A stretch of DNA of 64,000 bases from a virus, in IMG/VR virus record IMGVR_UViG_3300020470_003428, positions 1 to 64,000 of that record, one strand, 5' to 3'. The first letter of the stretch is position 1, and each line of letters opens with the position of its first letter. Both the position numbers and the translations under genes were made by a program. The notes beneath the pieces were generated by a model that searched no databases, had not been told where the DNA came from, and was given only the letters and a program-made list of their open reading frames with translations. Shown here piece by piece: positions 20,206 to 29,114 of the stretch.

Positions 20206-20646
20206 ATGTGGAAATTAAAGTTTGCTGTACTTGCGGTGGTTGCTCTTGTCACACCTGCAAATGCGGTCCCAGTAGTACCGAATTTTTCATCCGGCCAGCT
20301 TACTCAGACTACGACATCGCGGTCTGTGATATCTGAGTCGATAGTCTCGGAAGATTTTGCGACAGGCTGGCAATACACTGTGTCCGGTACAGGGATTTCT
20401 TTAGATGGTGCATCTATCGAACCATCTGCCATAATCAATACAAATACAACTGCCGCGTCAGGAATAACTACAAAATGGACAGGCTTAGACGTGAACAACA
20501 AGCCAAATTGGACGCTGACTCAGCCCGGGGGTTCGTTCCAATTTCAATCCAGTTACTCCGGACCCGGACTCCAGAATCGCACGACCATAACGAGGACCAT
20601 AGAAACGGACACAACGATAGAATCGGTTTCCGTATTTTCTCAGTAA
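20206..20646 (+). CDS. exported cyanophage protein
   Basis: Signal peptide from ATG 20206 + AVPVVPNF...SGPGL motif. Confidence 0.65.
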   Translation: MWKLKFAVLAVVALVTPANAVPVVPNFSSGQLTQTTTSRSVISESIVSEDFATGWQYTVSGTGISLDGASIEPSAIINTNTTAASGITTKWTGLDVNNKPNWTLTQPGGSFQFQSSYSGPGLQNRTTITRTIETDTTIESVSVFSQ

Positions 20647-20669
20647 TACCAAGGGTTCTTAGCATTTTA

Positions 20670-21488
20670 ATGCTATTTCCTTTTTGTCCTGTCGTCAAGG
20701 CAAGTGACGTGGGAGGAATATCTGCTACCTCTAATCCGGTCGCTAATTCATCCGGTCAAGCGAATGTCAATGCATACCAAGTGTTGACAGGAAACTTCAT
20801 GCAGTCAGGTTTTACCAATGGTGTTGTTTGCCAGTCTGAGACATTAACAATATCTCCTTACGTGGGTCGTTCTGCAAATATTAAAGAACCTTTTTTCGAA
20901 ACTTACGAAGATCCGGTATACGATGTTCGAGATTTAGATGGTGATGGTGCTCCTGATAATCCTGGAGATATTTTGTGGTACAAAACAGTACAAACCCTGC
21001 AGAAAGATAACTACTCCTTAAACATGGGAATAACGGCTCAATGGAGTCGGCCACTCGATAAGGAGATGATGTCTCTTTGCAAGGACGCTGCTGCGACTGA
21101 AATAGCCTTAAGAAAAGCAACATTAAATTTACGGGTTTTAGACTACGAAATTTCTCGGCTCAAGCATTGCGGAAATTTAGCGAAGGAGGGCATAGTATGG
21201 GATCCGACCAGTAAATACAAGGTCATCTGCGAGGATGTCCTCTTAACGAATCCTCCCGGAGTGTTATTAAATCACAGTCATTCAATTGATCCTATTACTT
21301 TCGATTCTTCCTCTGTTCAGTCATCCTCTCTCGAACAGACAGAATCTTCTCAGGCTTCTTCAGAATCTTCTTTAGAACAGTCTTCGTCACTTTCTTCGCC
21401 AGAGGCTTCACAATCTTCATTAGATACTGTTGGAGAGGTTGGCCCACTAGGGCCACCCCTAGAGTTGCGCCTACAGCTATCGAAGTAG
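20670..21488 (+). CDS. exported cyanophage protein with Ser-rich tail
   Basis: VGGISATSNPVANSSG...KDNYSLNMGI...RLKHCG; start probably ~20670. Confidence 0.6.
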   Translation: MLFPFCPVVKASDVGGISATSNPVANSSGQANVNAYQVLTGNFMQSGFTNGVVCQSETLTISPYVGRSANIKEPFFETYEDPVYDVRDLDGDGAPDNPGDILWYKTVQTLQKDNYSLNMGITAQWSRPLDKEMMSLCKDAAATEIALRKATLNLRVLDYEISRLKHCGNLAKEGIVWDPTSKYKVICEDVLLTNPPGVLLNHSHSIDPITFDSSSVQSSSLEQTESSQASSESSLEQSSSLSSPEASQSSLDTVGEVGPLGPPLELRLQLSK

Positions 21489-22107
21489 TATTCAGGACGG
21501 TTGCAGGAGGGGGCGTGTAGTTATTGATGACATTGAGCAAAGCAATATCTTCGTACAACGTAATACATTCGCCTTCAGAGTTTTTCTCGTAGCCTTTTAC
21601 AATCTTCGTACCATACTTACCGTATGCTCCCGGCGGGGGACTTCCTGGTCTGGGACAGGGGAGATCAATGTCAATAGGCTTAATAGCGTTAACATCGAGA
21701 CCAGGAAGATCAGAGACTTGACTTGCTCCCTCTGTATTGGATTCATCTGTTTCACTTTCGTTATCCTTGGATTTTGTATTTCCTAAACCACTAACGGCTC
21801 CCAAGTTAGGAGTATTCTCCATGGGAATAACTACTAATTCTTTGCTTGGATCAAACTCAGGGGGATTGAAGGAGGGCATACCTGGCCCTGTACATAGCGT
21901 GAGAGTTCCTTGAGGATCGTCTTCTATTAGTTTGTTATTACCTTGTGTCTCTCTAGCTTCAACACAACCAGGCATCTCTACGGTTGGGAAGCCTATCTGC
22001 AGAGTCACAGGAGGGGCTTGAGGAATGCTTAAAGGTAAATCAATCGCCCATGTCGGTACCTGTGGAACGTATATCTCCCTGACGCCTATCCGAGGGACTG
22101 AACCCAC
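21295..22107 (-). CDS. cyanophage membrane protein
   Basis: PPVTLQIGFP.VEMPGCVEA motif, TM segment, Lys-rich C-terminus. Confidence 0.65.
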   Translation of the reverse strand: MGSVPRIGVREIYVPQVPTWAIDLPLSIPQAPPVTLQIGFPTVEMPGCVEARETQGNNKLIEDDPQGTLTLCTGPGMPSFNPPEFDPSKELVVIPMENTPNLGAVSGLGNTKSKDNESETDESNTEGASQVSDLPGLDVNAIKPIDIDLPCPRPGSPPPGAYGKYGTKIVKGYEKNSEGECITLYEDIALLNVINNYTPPPATVLNTTSIAVGATLGVALVGQPLQQYLMKIVKPLAKKVTKTVLKKILKKPEKILSVRERMTEQRKNRK

Positions 22108-22112
22108 TGATC

Positions 22113-22379
22113 TTACTTGTTAACTGGCAGAACGCCCCCAGTGGTACTAGGAATAGATAGAAAACTGCTAGTGCCACCAGAAGCACTACCACCGAGGCCA
22201 GGTAATGCACTCTTGATTTGAGATTCGACCAAAGGTCCGACTTGTTCAATTAATGCCTTCTTTAATTGTTCTTGAGTTGCTGGAGCTTTGAGGTAAAAAT
22301 AGGCTGCAATAGTTCCACCAACAAGGCTACCTGATAACGCTAAGCTTGCTGCTGCGAGAATAGTGGGAAGGTTTTTCAT
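22113..22379 (-). CDS. small membrane protein
   Basis: N-terminal TM + PSTTGGVLP. Confidence 0.6.
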   Translation of the reverse strand: MKNLPTILAAASLALSGSLVGGTIAAYFYLKAPATQEQLKKALIEQVGPLVESQIKSALPGLGGSASGGTSSFLSIPSTTGGVLPVNK

Positions 22380-22479
22380 GGTTATTTAGGTGCCACTTCT
22401 AATCTTAGGCACTTTTCAGTAGTGAATGCAGGAAAATATAGATTTTATTTTTTAATCTTGGTGTAACCGAAAATTACGA

Positions 22480-22989
22480 TTGACACCAGAACACTGGGGT
22501 TCATACGTGTTTAACCTTGTAGACCTGTCTAAAGGTGCTGCACGAAAAAGGTTTAAACAATCTATTAAAGACGAATGGAGGTGTTGTGCCTATTGCGGAA
22601 TTGATGATTCTCTTCTGACTATCGACCACTTGAAACCTAAAAAACATGGTGGAGATAGTTGCAGGAGAAACCTTGTACCTGCCTGTCGATGCTGTAATAC
22701 CAATAAAGGATCTCTCATGGATTGGCGTCTTTGGTACCAACAACAAGTATTCTTTTCTAAAGTTAGAGAAAACAGAATTTTGGAATGGATGAAACCAAGA
22801 CCAATGGAGAATCTTGAATTATGGTATGTAAAAAGGGAGGAGCATGAGAGACGATCTAACTCAAGAACAGCAGTTCATGCTTCAACGTATAACGTTGGAA
22901 ATCAAGGATTACTCGAAAGAGGAACTTATAGAAGCATTGCTAAGCTGCTGGGAGGCACGATTCAGGCAGAAGCAAATCTTTCTTGCTAG
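22480..22989 (+). CDS. HNH endonuclease
   Basis: CAYCG...LTIDHLKPKKHGG...NLVPACRCCNTNKG. Confidence 0.85.
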   Translation: MTPEHWGSYVFNLVDLSKGAARKRFKQSIKDEWRCCAYCGIDDSLLTIDHLKPKKHGGDSCRRNLVPACRCCNTNKGSLMDWRLWYQQQVFFSKVRENRILEWMKPRPMENLELWYVKREEHERRSNSRTAVHASTYNVGNQGLLERGTYRSIAKLLGGTIQAEANLSC

Positions 22990-23185
22990 TAGTCAAGATG
23001 CTGGATTTTCTTTCGCATTTAATGATGGTGTAGCTGTCATGCCAGAAGCTGCTGTTAAAGAATTTGAACAGTCCCATGGCTACAAACCAACATGGGAAGA
23101 CGCGGAAGACTACATGGAATCGATTGCAGAGGAGGCTTGTATGGAGCTAGACATGGAAGCTATTGTTCTTGAACCTGAAGAATAA
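22844..23185 (+). CDS. NblA-like protein with acidic C-terminal extension
   Basis: LTQEQQF.......IKDYSKEELIEALL resembles NblA LSLEQQF...V..MS.EQ....L; GGGAGGAG RBS. Confidence 0.5.
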   Translation: MRDDLTQEQQFMLQRITLEIKDYSKEELIEALLSCWEARFRQKQIFLASSQDAGFSFAFNDGVAVMPEAAVKEFEQSHGYKPTWEDAEDYMESIAEEACMELDMEAIVLEPEE

Positions 23186-23219
23186 CTCGTTACACTAATA
23201 TTCAGATACGTATTTTTTA

Positions 23220-23603
23220 ATGGAAACCCTCATAGCAGGAGCAGCAGCAGTTTTAGTGGGGATTTTTTCCGGTAGAGTAATTACCTTGAAACAAGGGGAG
23301 AAAAAGGGAGTAGCTTTTCATGAACACAATGAGTTACTTCAAAGGGTTTCAGATATTGAGCAAGTCATACCAGGGCTAATTCCTCGTACTGAAGTGCAAG
23401 ATGCTATTAACAAGGTTCCTCCTTTGGTCATGGATGCTGTTAGAACGGAGATTAATAGTATTGGCTTATCGATGAATCAGAGACCTGCTCCTTCAGTTGG
23501 TTTAGGAGGAGTTGATCTTGCTCAAGTTAGGGCTGACACGGAGAAGATGAAACAGTTGAATGACATGCTTAAGAACTTCGAACAGGCTCAAGGTAATGGC
23601 TAA
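23220..23603 (+). CDS. membrane-anchored hypothetical protein
   Basis: N-terminal TM, 127 aa. Confidence 0.55.
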   Translation: METLIAGAAAVLVGIFSGRVITLKQGEKKGVAFHEHNELLQRVSDIEQVIPGLIPRTEVQDAINKVPPLVMDAVRTEINSIGLSMNQRPAPSVGLGGVDLAQVRADTEKMKQLNDMLKNFEQAQGNG

Positions 23604-24315
23604 ACTTTTTGAGACATATTATCTAGATACTAAAACTGCTGACGATATAGAGGCATGGGTCTTAAAGAAAAATACTCCCTTGAATTGGAGTTTCAACGAT
23701 AATGTTGCTTATGATTATCATCATCTACAAGAAACTAAAAAGAAATGGGGACATGAATTGAACTTTGAAGAGAACACATGGTTTTGTCCTGGGTTTTCTT
23801 GTCGCTTAATTCACCAAGGATCAGAACATCCTAATTTTTGGTTACCTGGTTGTATGAAGAATCTACAAATTCCCAAACTAAAGTCATTACTAGATAGTAA
23901 ATATACAGCATTAAATATATGGAGAATGCAACTTTGGATATATCCTTCTGTTAGTCAGGAAGCATTTAATCAGCCTCATAGTCCTCACATAGATATTTCT
24001 ACTCGTAAAGGTCGTAAGAATGGAAGAAGAATAACTAAAGATGAAACAGGAGAAGGGAATATAGTCCTCTTATATTACATTAATGATGCTGATGGTGATA
24101 ATTTCTTTTACAAGGTCAAAGATGAATATATAGATCACCCTTCGTTAGATGATGATCAAATGTATCATCCTGACCTACTAGACATAGTGCATACGGAGAC
24201 TCCTGAAAAAGGCAAATTATTAGTGATGGATGGCGACGTAATTCATGCTAGTTCCTCCCCTTCTAAAGGAATAAGGTCAACATTAAATATCAATTTACTA
24301 CCTAAACGTGATTGA
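23596..24315 (+). CDS. 2OG-Fe(II) oxygenase-like protein
   Basis: PHID...LLYYINDADGD...HASSSP...R..LNIN. Confidence 0.75.
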   Translation: MAKLFETYYLDTKTADDIEAWVLKKNTPLNWSFNDNVAYDYHHLQETKKKWGHELNFEENTWFCPGFSCRLIHQGSEHPNFWLPGCMKNLQIPKLKSLLDSKYTALNIWRMQLWIYPSVSQEAFNQPHSPHIDISTRKGRKNGRRITKDETGEGNIVLLYYINDADGDNFFYKVKDEYIDHPSLDDDQMYHPDLLDIVHTETPEKGKLLVMDGDVIHASSSPSKGIRSTLNINLLPKRD

Positions 24316-24877
24316 GTTACCTTTCTTACATAATTTTTTCTACACTGATATACCTAGTAATAAAGATGAATTATTGCATGAAATAGAAAATAGCGAGTTA
24401 GATAAAAACCAAGATTTCTCATGGAATACTTTTTGCTCATTAAAGTTAGAACGACTTGATTTAGATAAAAAAATAGAATTATTTTATCCTTCTTTATCCA
24501 AGTTCTTTAAAGAATTAGATATTGAAGGTCGGAATGTTAAACTTCGATTATGTGGTATGTGGAAAAATACATATAGCAAACATGCTTTTCAAGAAATTCA
24601 TGATCATTGTCCTCATCATTTTTCAGGTGTTTTATTTTTAACGGATGAACAACCTGGTGATAGTAGATTTTATTTTGTAAATAAACATGGAAGCGAGATT
24701 CCGCAGGGTTGGCGAAAACTTAGAAAAAATCAAAATATTCTTCATGCGGGTAGGTATTGGGTAAAAGCTGAACGAGGTCGAATTATATTCTTTCCTTCTT
24801 ATTTAATGCATGGTGTTACGGAACATCAATCAGATAAACCTAGGCAGACAGTATCCTTTAATTTTGATTTCCTTTAA
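24308..24877 (+). CDS. 2OG-Fe(II) oxygenase (TIGR02466-like)
   Basis: QEIHDH...FSGV...FPSYLMHGV...RQTVSFN. Confidence 0.85.
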   Translation: MIELPFLHNFFYTDIPSNKDELLHEIENSELDKNQDFSWNTFCSLKLERLDLDKKIELFYPSLSKFFKELDIEGRNVKLRLCGMWKNTYSKHAFQEIHDHCPHHFSGVLFLTDEQPGDSRFYFVNKHGSEIPQGWRKLRKNQNILHAGRYWVKAERGRIIFFPSYLMHGVTEHQSDKPRQTVSFNFDFL

Positions 24878-25521
24878 GTTGGGTTATAAAAACTACACCA
24901 CCCAGTTGCAATATATTTTTCTCCTTTATTAGGAGTGACTCCTTTGTGGGGATGAGTCCAATAAGCAGGCCAAATCACAACACGTCCTTCCTTAGGTTGA
25001 ATAGTTGTAGCTTGATGGGGAAATTCTGTTCCCGATTGTGCATCATTTAAATAAATCATCCAAACCAGCATACGATCTCCAGCTAGTGCGTGATCTTCTG
25101 CAGTTAATGAATTTAGGTCTAATTCCTGATTATTAATATTTTTCCATCTAGAAACATGTTCACAATGTAAGCCGCTGTATCCTTGGCCTTCTGAATAATA
25201 TTGAATGTTATACCAAGATCTCAAACACCATGAGGCTAATTGATCTAGAAATGGATAAGTGATTTTATATCGCCCAATAGCCTCAACAACAGTCGGTAAA
25301 AGAATTGTATTGAACTGACGAAATGGTGTATATGGTATTTCATTATCAATTTCAGAAAAATCGACATTAAAATCTATCGATTTCTTGGATTCTGTATCTC
25401 TCGAATACATGAAACGCTGTTTGTCTTTATCTTTTAATTGTTTGAAGTATTGAATGACTGATTGGCAAGAATTTGAATCTAATAAATCATCATAAATTTC
25501 AATAAAGGATACATCAGTCAT
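24874..25521 (-). CDS. 2OG-Fe(II) oxygenase
   Basis: HCE...WMIYLND...WPAYWTHPHKG...KYIATGW. Confidence 0.85.
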   Translation of the reverse strand: MTDVSFIEIYDDLLDSNSCQSVIQYFKQLKDKDKQRFMYSRDTESKKSIDFNVDFSEIDNEIPYTPFRQFNTILLPTVVEAIGRYKITYPFLDQLASWCLRSWYNIQYYSEGQGYSGLHCEHVSRWKNINNQELDLNSLTAEDHALAGDRMLVWMIYLNDAQSGTEFPHQATTIQPKEGRVVIWPAYWTHPHKGVTPNKGEKYIATGWCSFYNPT

Positions 25522-26686
25522 TTTGTTTTAATTCTTCTGTCATTCCTTTGTGCCAATATTTTAAACCAGATAGAGCCCAAGGACCGTATCTAAAACTTGC
25601 AGGATTAGTCGCTTCAGCAATTTTGACATCTTCTAATGTTTTGTTTGCAATAAACTCAAAGGCATCATGAAACAAAGGCTCATGTATTGATAGATCCTTT
25701 GCATACTTCCAAAATGGAGTGTCATATTTAGAACCAAATTTATAGTGCCAAAGGATAAAAGTTTCCACCTGTTTAATATGTTGTTTGATATCTATGGAAG
25801 CATGATGAGCAGCCCAACCTTTGTTGCCAATGAACTGATATGAATACCTAGCCCATGTTTGATAAGTTGAAATAGATGTGGATTCCATTGGTTCTAAAAA
25901 GAACAAACGATTCCCATTAAGAATGATTCGATTATTGATAACAGGTTGTTTAGCTACATAGTTCTTAAATGTCAAATGATCAGTGATTTTAACGTTAAAA
26001 TTTTTGGTGAAATTTTTTTCAGCATCTTCCCGCGAGGTTATTTCCTTGTTATATAAATATCCAATAGACCTGTCATATGATGGTGATTCTTCATGAGTTG
26101 GAATAATAAATGTCCAACCATCCTCTGTTGCTATGTGTTTGGTATATGGATCATTTATTTTAGACTCAGGCTTACCTAAGACAACCGCATTAACAGGGTT
26201 AATCAATTCATCGTAATCGTCAAAATTTGAAGGTCTCCCCCTGCAGTCAATAATATAATCTGCGTCTACTTCATCTAAATTATTAATTGCTTTTTCAACA
26301 ACTTTAAAAGTATTAGATGATAAAACATATCGTTGCATTTCCGCAGGACAAAAATGTACTGCAATTTGATTACCAGGGAAAGGATGAAAAACATCTTTAT
26401 TAATCTTGCCCCAATCCTGATATAAGATTCCTAACTTAGGAGTGGCATGAATAGCATTGGAGTAATAATTAAATTCTTCCTCTAAAGCACTCCAAAGTAA
26501 TTGAGGCTGTTGAGGAAATGTTGCCTGACCTACTTTTTCAGTCTCAGTATGAGGATCATGAATCAGTTCAATTTCGTCAATCCCTCTGCCATTGCCTCTC
26601 CATTTATCCATCTTGGATTGCCAAGAATACTCCAAAGCTGAGAAGCATCCTGCATTACCAGCCCCAACGATAGAAACTTTAGTCAT
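25514..26686 (-). CDS. flavin-dependent tryptophan halogenase-like protein
   Basis: GAGNAG Rossmann motif, GWTFIIP, GNRLFFLEPMEST, TPFW. Confidence 0.75.
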   Translation of the reverse strand: MTKVSIVGAGNAGCFSALEYSWQSKMDKWRGNGRGIDEIELIHDPHTETEKVGQATFPQQPQLLWSALEEEFNYYSNAIHATPKLGILYQDWGKINKDVFHPFPGNQIAVHFCPAEMQRYVLSSNTFKVVEKAINNLDEVDADYIIDCRGRPSNFDDYDELINPVNAVVLGKPESKINDPYTKHIATEDGWTFIIPTHEESPSYDRSIGYLYNKEITSREDAEKNFTKNFNVKITDHLTFKNYVAKQPVINNRIILNGNRLFFLEPMESTSISTYQTWARYSYQFIGNKGWAAHHASIDIKQHIKQVETFILWHYKFGSKYDTPFWKYAKDLSIHEPLFHDAFEFIANKTLEDVKIAEATNPASFRYGPWALSGLKYWHKGMTEELKQND

Positions 26687-26765
26687 CGACGTACCTTTTT
26701 AATAGTGAGATATAAATTGGAATACGCAGCAATTACCAATAAGACTAATAGAAAAGTATTAACTG

Positions 26766-27086
26766 TCATCTGCCATCTCCTTTAGTAAAGGCTTCCTCAT
26801 CGGGACCGGTGAATCTGTCGTCAGTTCCCCATCCATTTCTTTGGTATTCCATGAGAAAGAGGAGGCAGCATCCGGCGTGGGCAAGGTGGGAGTATCCTGT
26901 CTCTGGGTCATTATCCTCTCCTCTCCACCAGGCAAAGAGGTGTCTACATAACGCGGCAAAGTAACGCCCCCACTCAGTTCCCCTACACCAGTTATTAGAG
27001 CTATACTTTCGAGCACCGTAGCCGAGAACGTCAGCGATGTCTCCAACAGCTTGCCAAGGGACGAGATCAAAACGAGTCTTTTCCAT
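26766..27086 (-). CDS. dATP/dGTP diphosphohydrolase domain protein (DUF5664)
   Basis: KTRFDLVP...VLGYGARKY..NNW..G...DPETG.SHLAHA. Confidence 0.85.
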   Translation of the reverse strand: MEKTRFDLVPWQAVGDIADVLGYGARKYSSNNWCRGTEWGRYFAALCRHLFAWWRGEDNDPETGYSHLAHAGCCLLFLMEYQRNGWGTDDRFTGPDEEAFTKGDGR

Positions 27087-27137
27087 TTATAGTTCTATTT
27101 TGCCTAGGATAGAAAATGAAGCAAGTTCTATCAAGTT

Positions 27138-27428
27138 TTGAAAGGTAATTCGAGTTCTCCTTACAGGTGGGGACCTAAAAGTAAGTCAGGATTAGTACGG
27201 CAATACCTGGCCAAAGCTAGAAACTTTAATGCAAAAGCGCAACATTATGGTGGTAGTACTGGAGGAAGAAAAAGTATTGATCAAGGATCAGGAATATCCG
27301 TATTAAATAGACGTTCTGCAGAGCAAGCAGCTAAGAAAAAAGTATTTGAGCAAGAGGTCAAGCCTTTCAGTGCAGGAAAAGCTGCATGGGATGTTAAAAA
27401 AGAATTATATAAAGACTTAGGCACTTAG
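27138..27428 (+). CDS. basic hypothetical protein
   Basis: 96-aa ORF, TTG start. Confidence 0.4.
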   Translation: MKGNSSSPYRWGPKSKSGLVRQYLAKARNFNAKAQHYGGSTGGRKSIDQGSGISVLNRRSAEQAAKKKVFEQEVKPFSAGKAAWDVKKELYKDLGT

Positions 27429-27856
27429 TTAATTGCTTGAGCCTCCACTAATCTTGAAGTAAGTTTAGTTAACTGCAAACGATTACCTCTTCTCGTTTTG
27501 TTGTAATGCAGTAAGTCTTCAGAAGAAAAATCGGCAACCATAAAACGACAAGTCTTACCTGAATTCCATCTATCGTCTGCATCCGTAGGATCCCACCATA
27601 GAACAAATTCAAAGGGAGGCTCCATTGTGCCTTTATAGCCGGGTAGTGATTGATGGAATTTGTGAAGTCTCCCTGCTAATTCTGTGATGTTGGAAAAATT
27701 CTCTAGTGTTAATAATTTCCTCTGAGCTTCATCTATAGGTAATGCATCTTTCCATGTAATCCATGAGTCGTAAACAATTGCTCTAATTGTTAGATAGGTC
27801 TTACCATCCGGCGCCTGGAATTTGTCAGGCGGATTATCGAATATTTGATTATCCAT
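27425..27856 (-). CDS. hypothetical protein
   Basis: ORF 27425-27967; likely start ATG ~27856 (MDNQIF) just after the upstream stop. Confidence 0.55.
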   Translation of the reverse strand: MDNQIFDNPPDKFQAPDGKTYLTIRAIVYDSWITWKDALPIDEAQRKLLTLENFSNITELAGRLHKFHQSLPGYKGTMEPPFEFVLWWDPTDADDRWNSGKTCRFMVADFSSEDLLHYNKTRRGNRLQLTKLTSRLVEAQAIN

Positions 27857-27857
27857 G

Positions 27858-28502
27858 TCAAGAATGGAAGTCATACGCTTTACGACAGGTAATCTGATAC
27901 GATTTTTCCCAATCGTTTTCGCCGCTATATTCGTTGAAAACAATCCGCCCCATTGGATGAAAAACATTATGGAAACGAGATAATCCTGTTTGAAATTGAT
28001 CGTGTTGGACTGGCGGCAAATAAATAATTGCCGACCAATCAGATGGAGAAACGCTTCTAAATGTATCTAATTCATCGTCATACCACATTGGACGTAGTCT
28101 TCTAAATGGAATGCAGATCGGAAAGTCCCAAATCCAAGGAGCACGAATGATTGCCTCGTTATGGGCAATCCAAATCACAGCGTGGTCTATATGACCTTTT
28201 CTATATTCCTTTAATGTTTTATTCAGCAGTCGTCGTGTTAAGGCTGCTCCTGTTGGGGCTCCTACAAAAACTCTTCTAGAAGAACTATGAACATCATCTG
28301 TATACCAATCTTTGCGGATAATATCTTCTAAGGATTCTTGCTCTCGGTTGTAATAGCGAGATGCTCCAATCAACCGATTGAGATCAGGTGATGAATAAGG
28401 GTCGAGATCAATAGAACCTAGAACAGATTTAGCCCCGGCAACGACATCAGCTGGTGGCGCTAAATCACACTTGTCTGGATGATGACGAATCTTATCGCTC
28501 AT
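27858..28502 (-). CDS. phage N6-adenine methyltransferase-like protein, catalytic motif degenerate
   Basis: VLGSIDLDPYS, W...VFV, FPICIP..RL present; expected NPPY reads GAPT. Confidence 0.6.
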   Translation of the reverse strand: MSDKIRHHPDKCDLAPPADVVAGAKSVLGSIDLDPYSSPDLNRLIGASRYYNREQESLEDIIRKDWYTDDVHSSSRRVFVGAPTGAALTRRLLNKTLKEYRKGHIDHAVIWIAHNEAIIRAPWIWDFPICIPFRRLRPMWYDDELDTFRSVSPSDWSAIIYLPPVQHDQFQTGLSRFHNVFHPMGRIVFNEYSGENDWEKSYQITCRKAYDFHS

Positions 28503-28504
28503 CC

Positions 28505-28975
28505 TTACAAGTCATTCATTAATTTTGCAATTCTCCCTGCTGGATTGTCTCGCGGTAATGTCGTACAAGAAGCACCAGATTTATCTATCAAAATGAGACA
28601 TATCTCTTCTTTAGGATTAGCACCCTTGATTGTTTTTAATGCATCTTTGCAAAACTCTACGACTGTTGAATCATTATTTCTTTCCGCATCTTTTAAATCC
28701 TCTGACATCATGAATTCATTAATATAATTAGATCTGTCTGGGTGGCCTTTTTCAGCTATTAAATTTAAAATAATTGCTCCTGCTCCGAGATAGCTATAGG
28801 CACGATCATATCTATCTATCATGTCAGCCATGATCGCTTCGCAAATTCTGATATTTAATTCCTTAGAAGCTTCTTTATTACCTTCAGGAACTTTCTTGTC
28901 TATTAATTCTGGAAAAAACTTAACAAGAAATTCGGCTGGTTGAGGTCTCGCCACGAAAGTAAGTACGTTGAACAT
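28505..28975 (-). CDS. hypothetical protein
   Basis: 156-aa ORF, start uncertain. Confidence 0.55.
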   Translation of the reverse strand: MFNVLTFVARPQPAEFLVKFFPELIDKKVPEGNKEASKELNIRICEAIMADMIDRYDRAYSYLGAGAIILNLIAEKGHPDRSNYINEFMMSEDLKDAERNNDSTVVEFCKDALKTIKGANPKEEICLILIDKSGASCTTLPRDNPAGRIAKLMNDL

Positions 28976-29114
28976 CTATTAACAAAGAGTCGCAACGTTC
29001 TTCTGCGTCTTGAGCTAAAGGTATTAAGTGCTCGAACTCTTTGTCTACAGATATCGAATCAACTAACTGACTGAGATAATCATGCAGTTCAGCGACGTCA
29101 ATAACAAGATCCAT
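28920..29114 (-). CDS. hypothetical protein
   Basis: 64 aa, TAATG coupling. Confidence 0.45.
   Translation of the reverse strand: MDLVIDVAELHDYLSQLVDSISVDKEFEHLIPLAQDAEERCDSLLIDVQRTYFRGETSTSRISC

Noticed and set aside
26759-27070. 103-aa alternative-frame ORF over DUF5664
   Set aside because: No motifs, TTG start, fully nested on a recognisable gene
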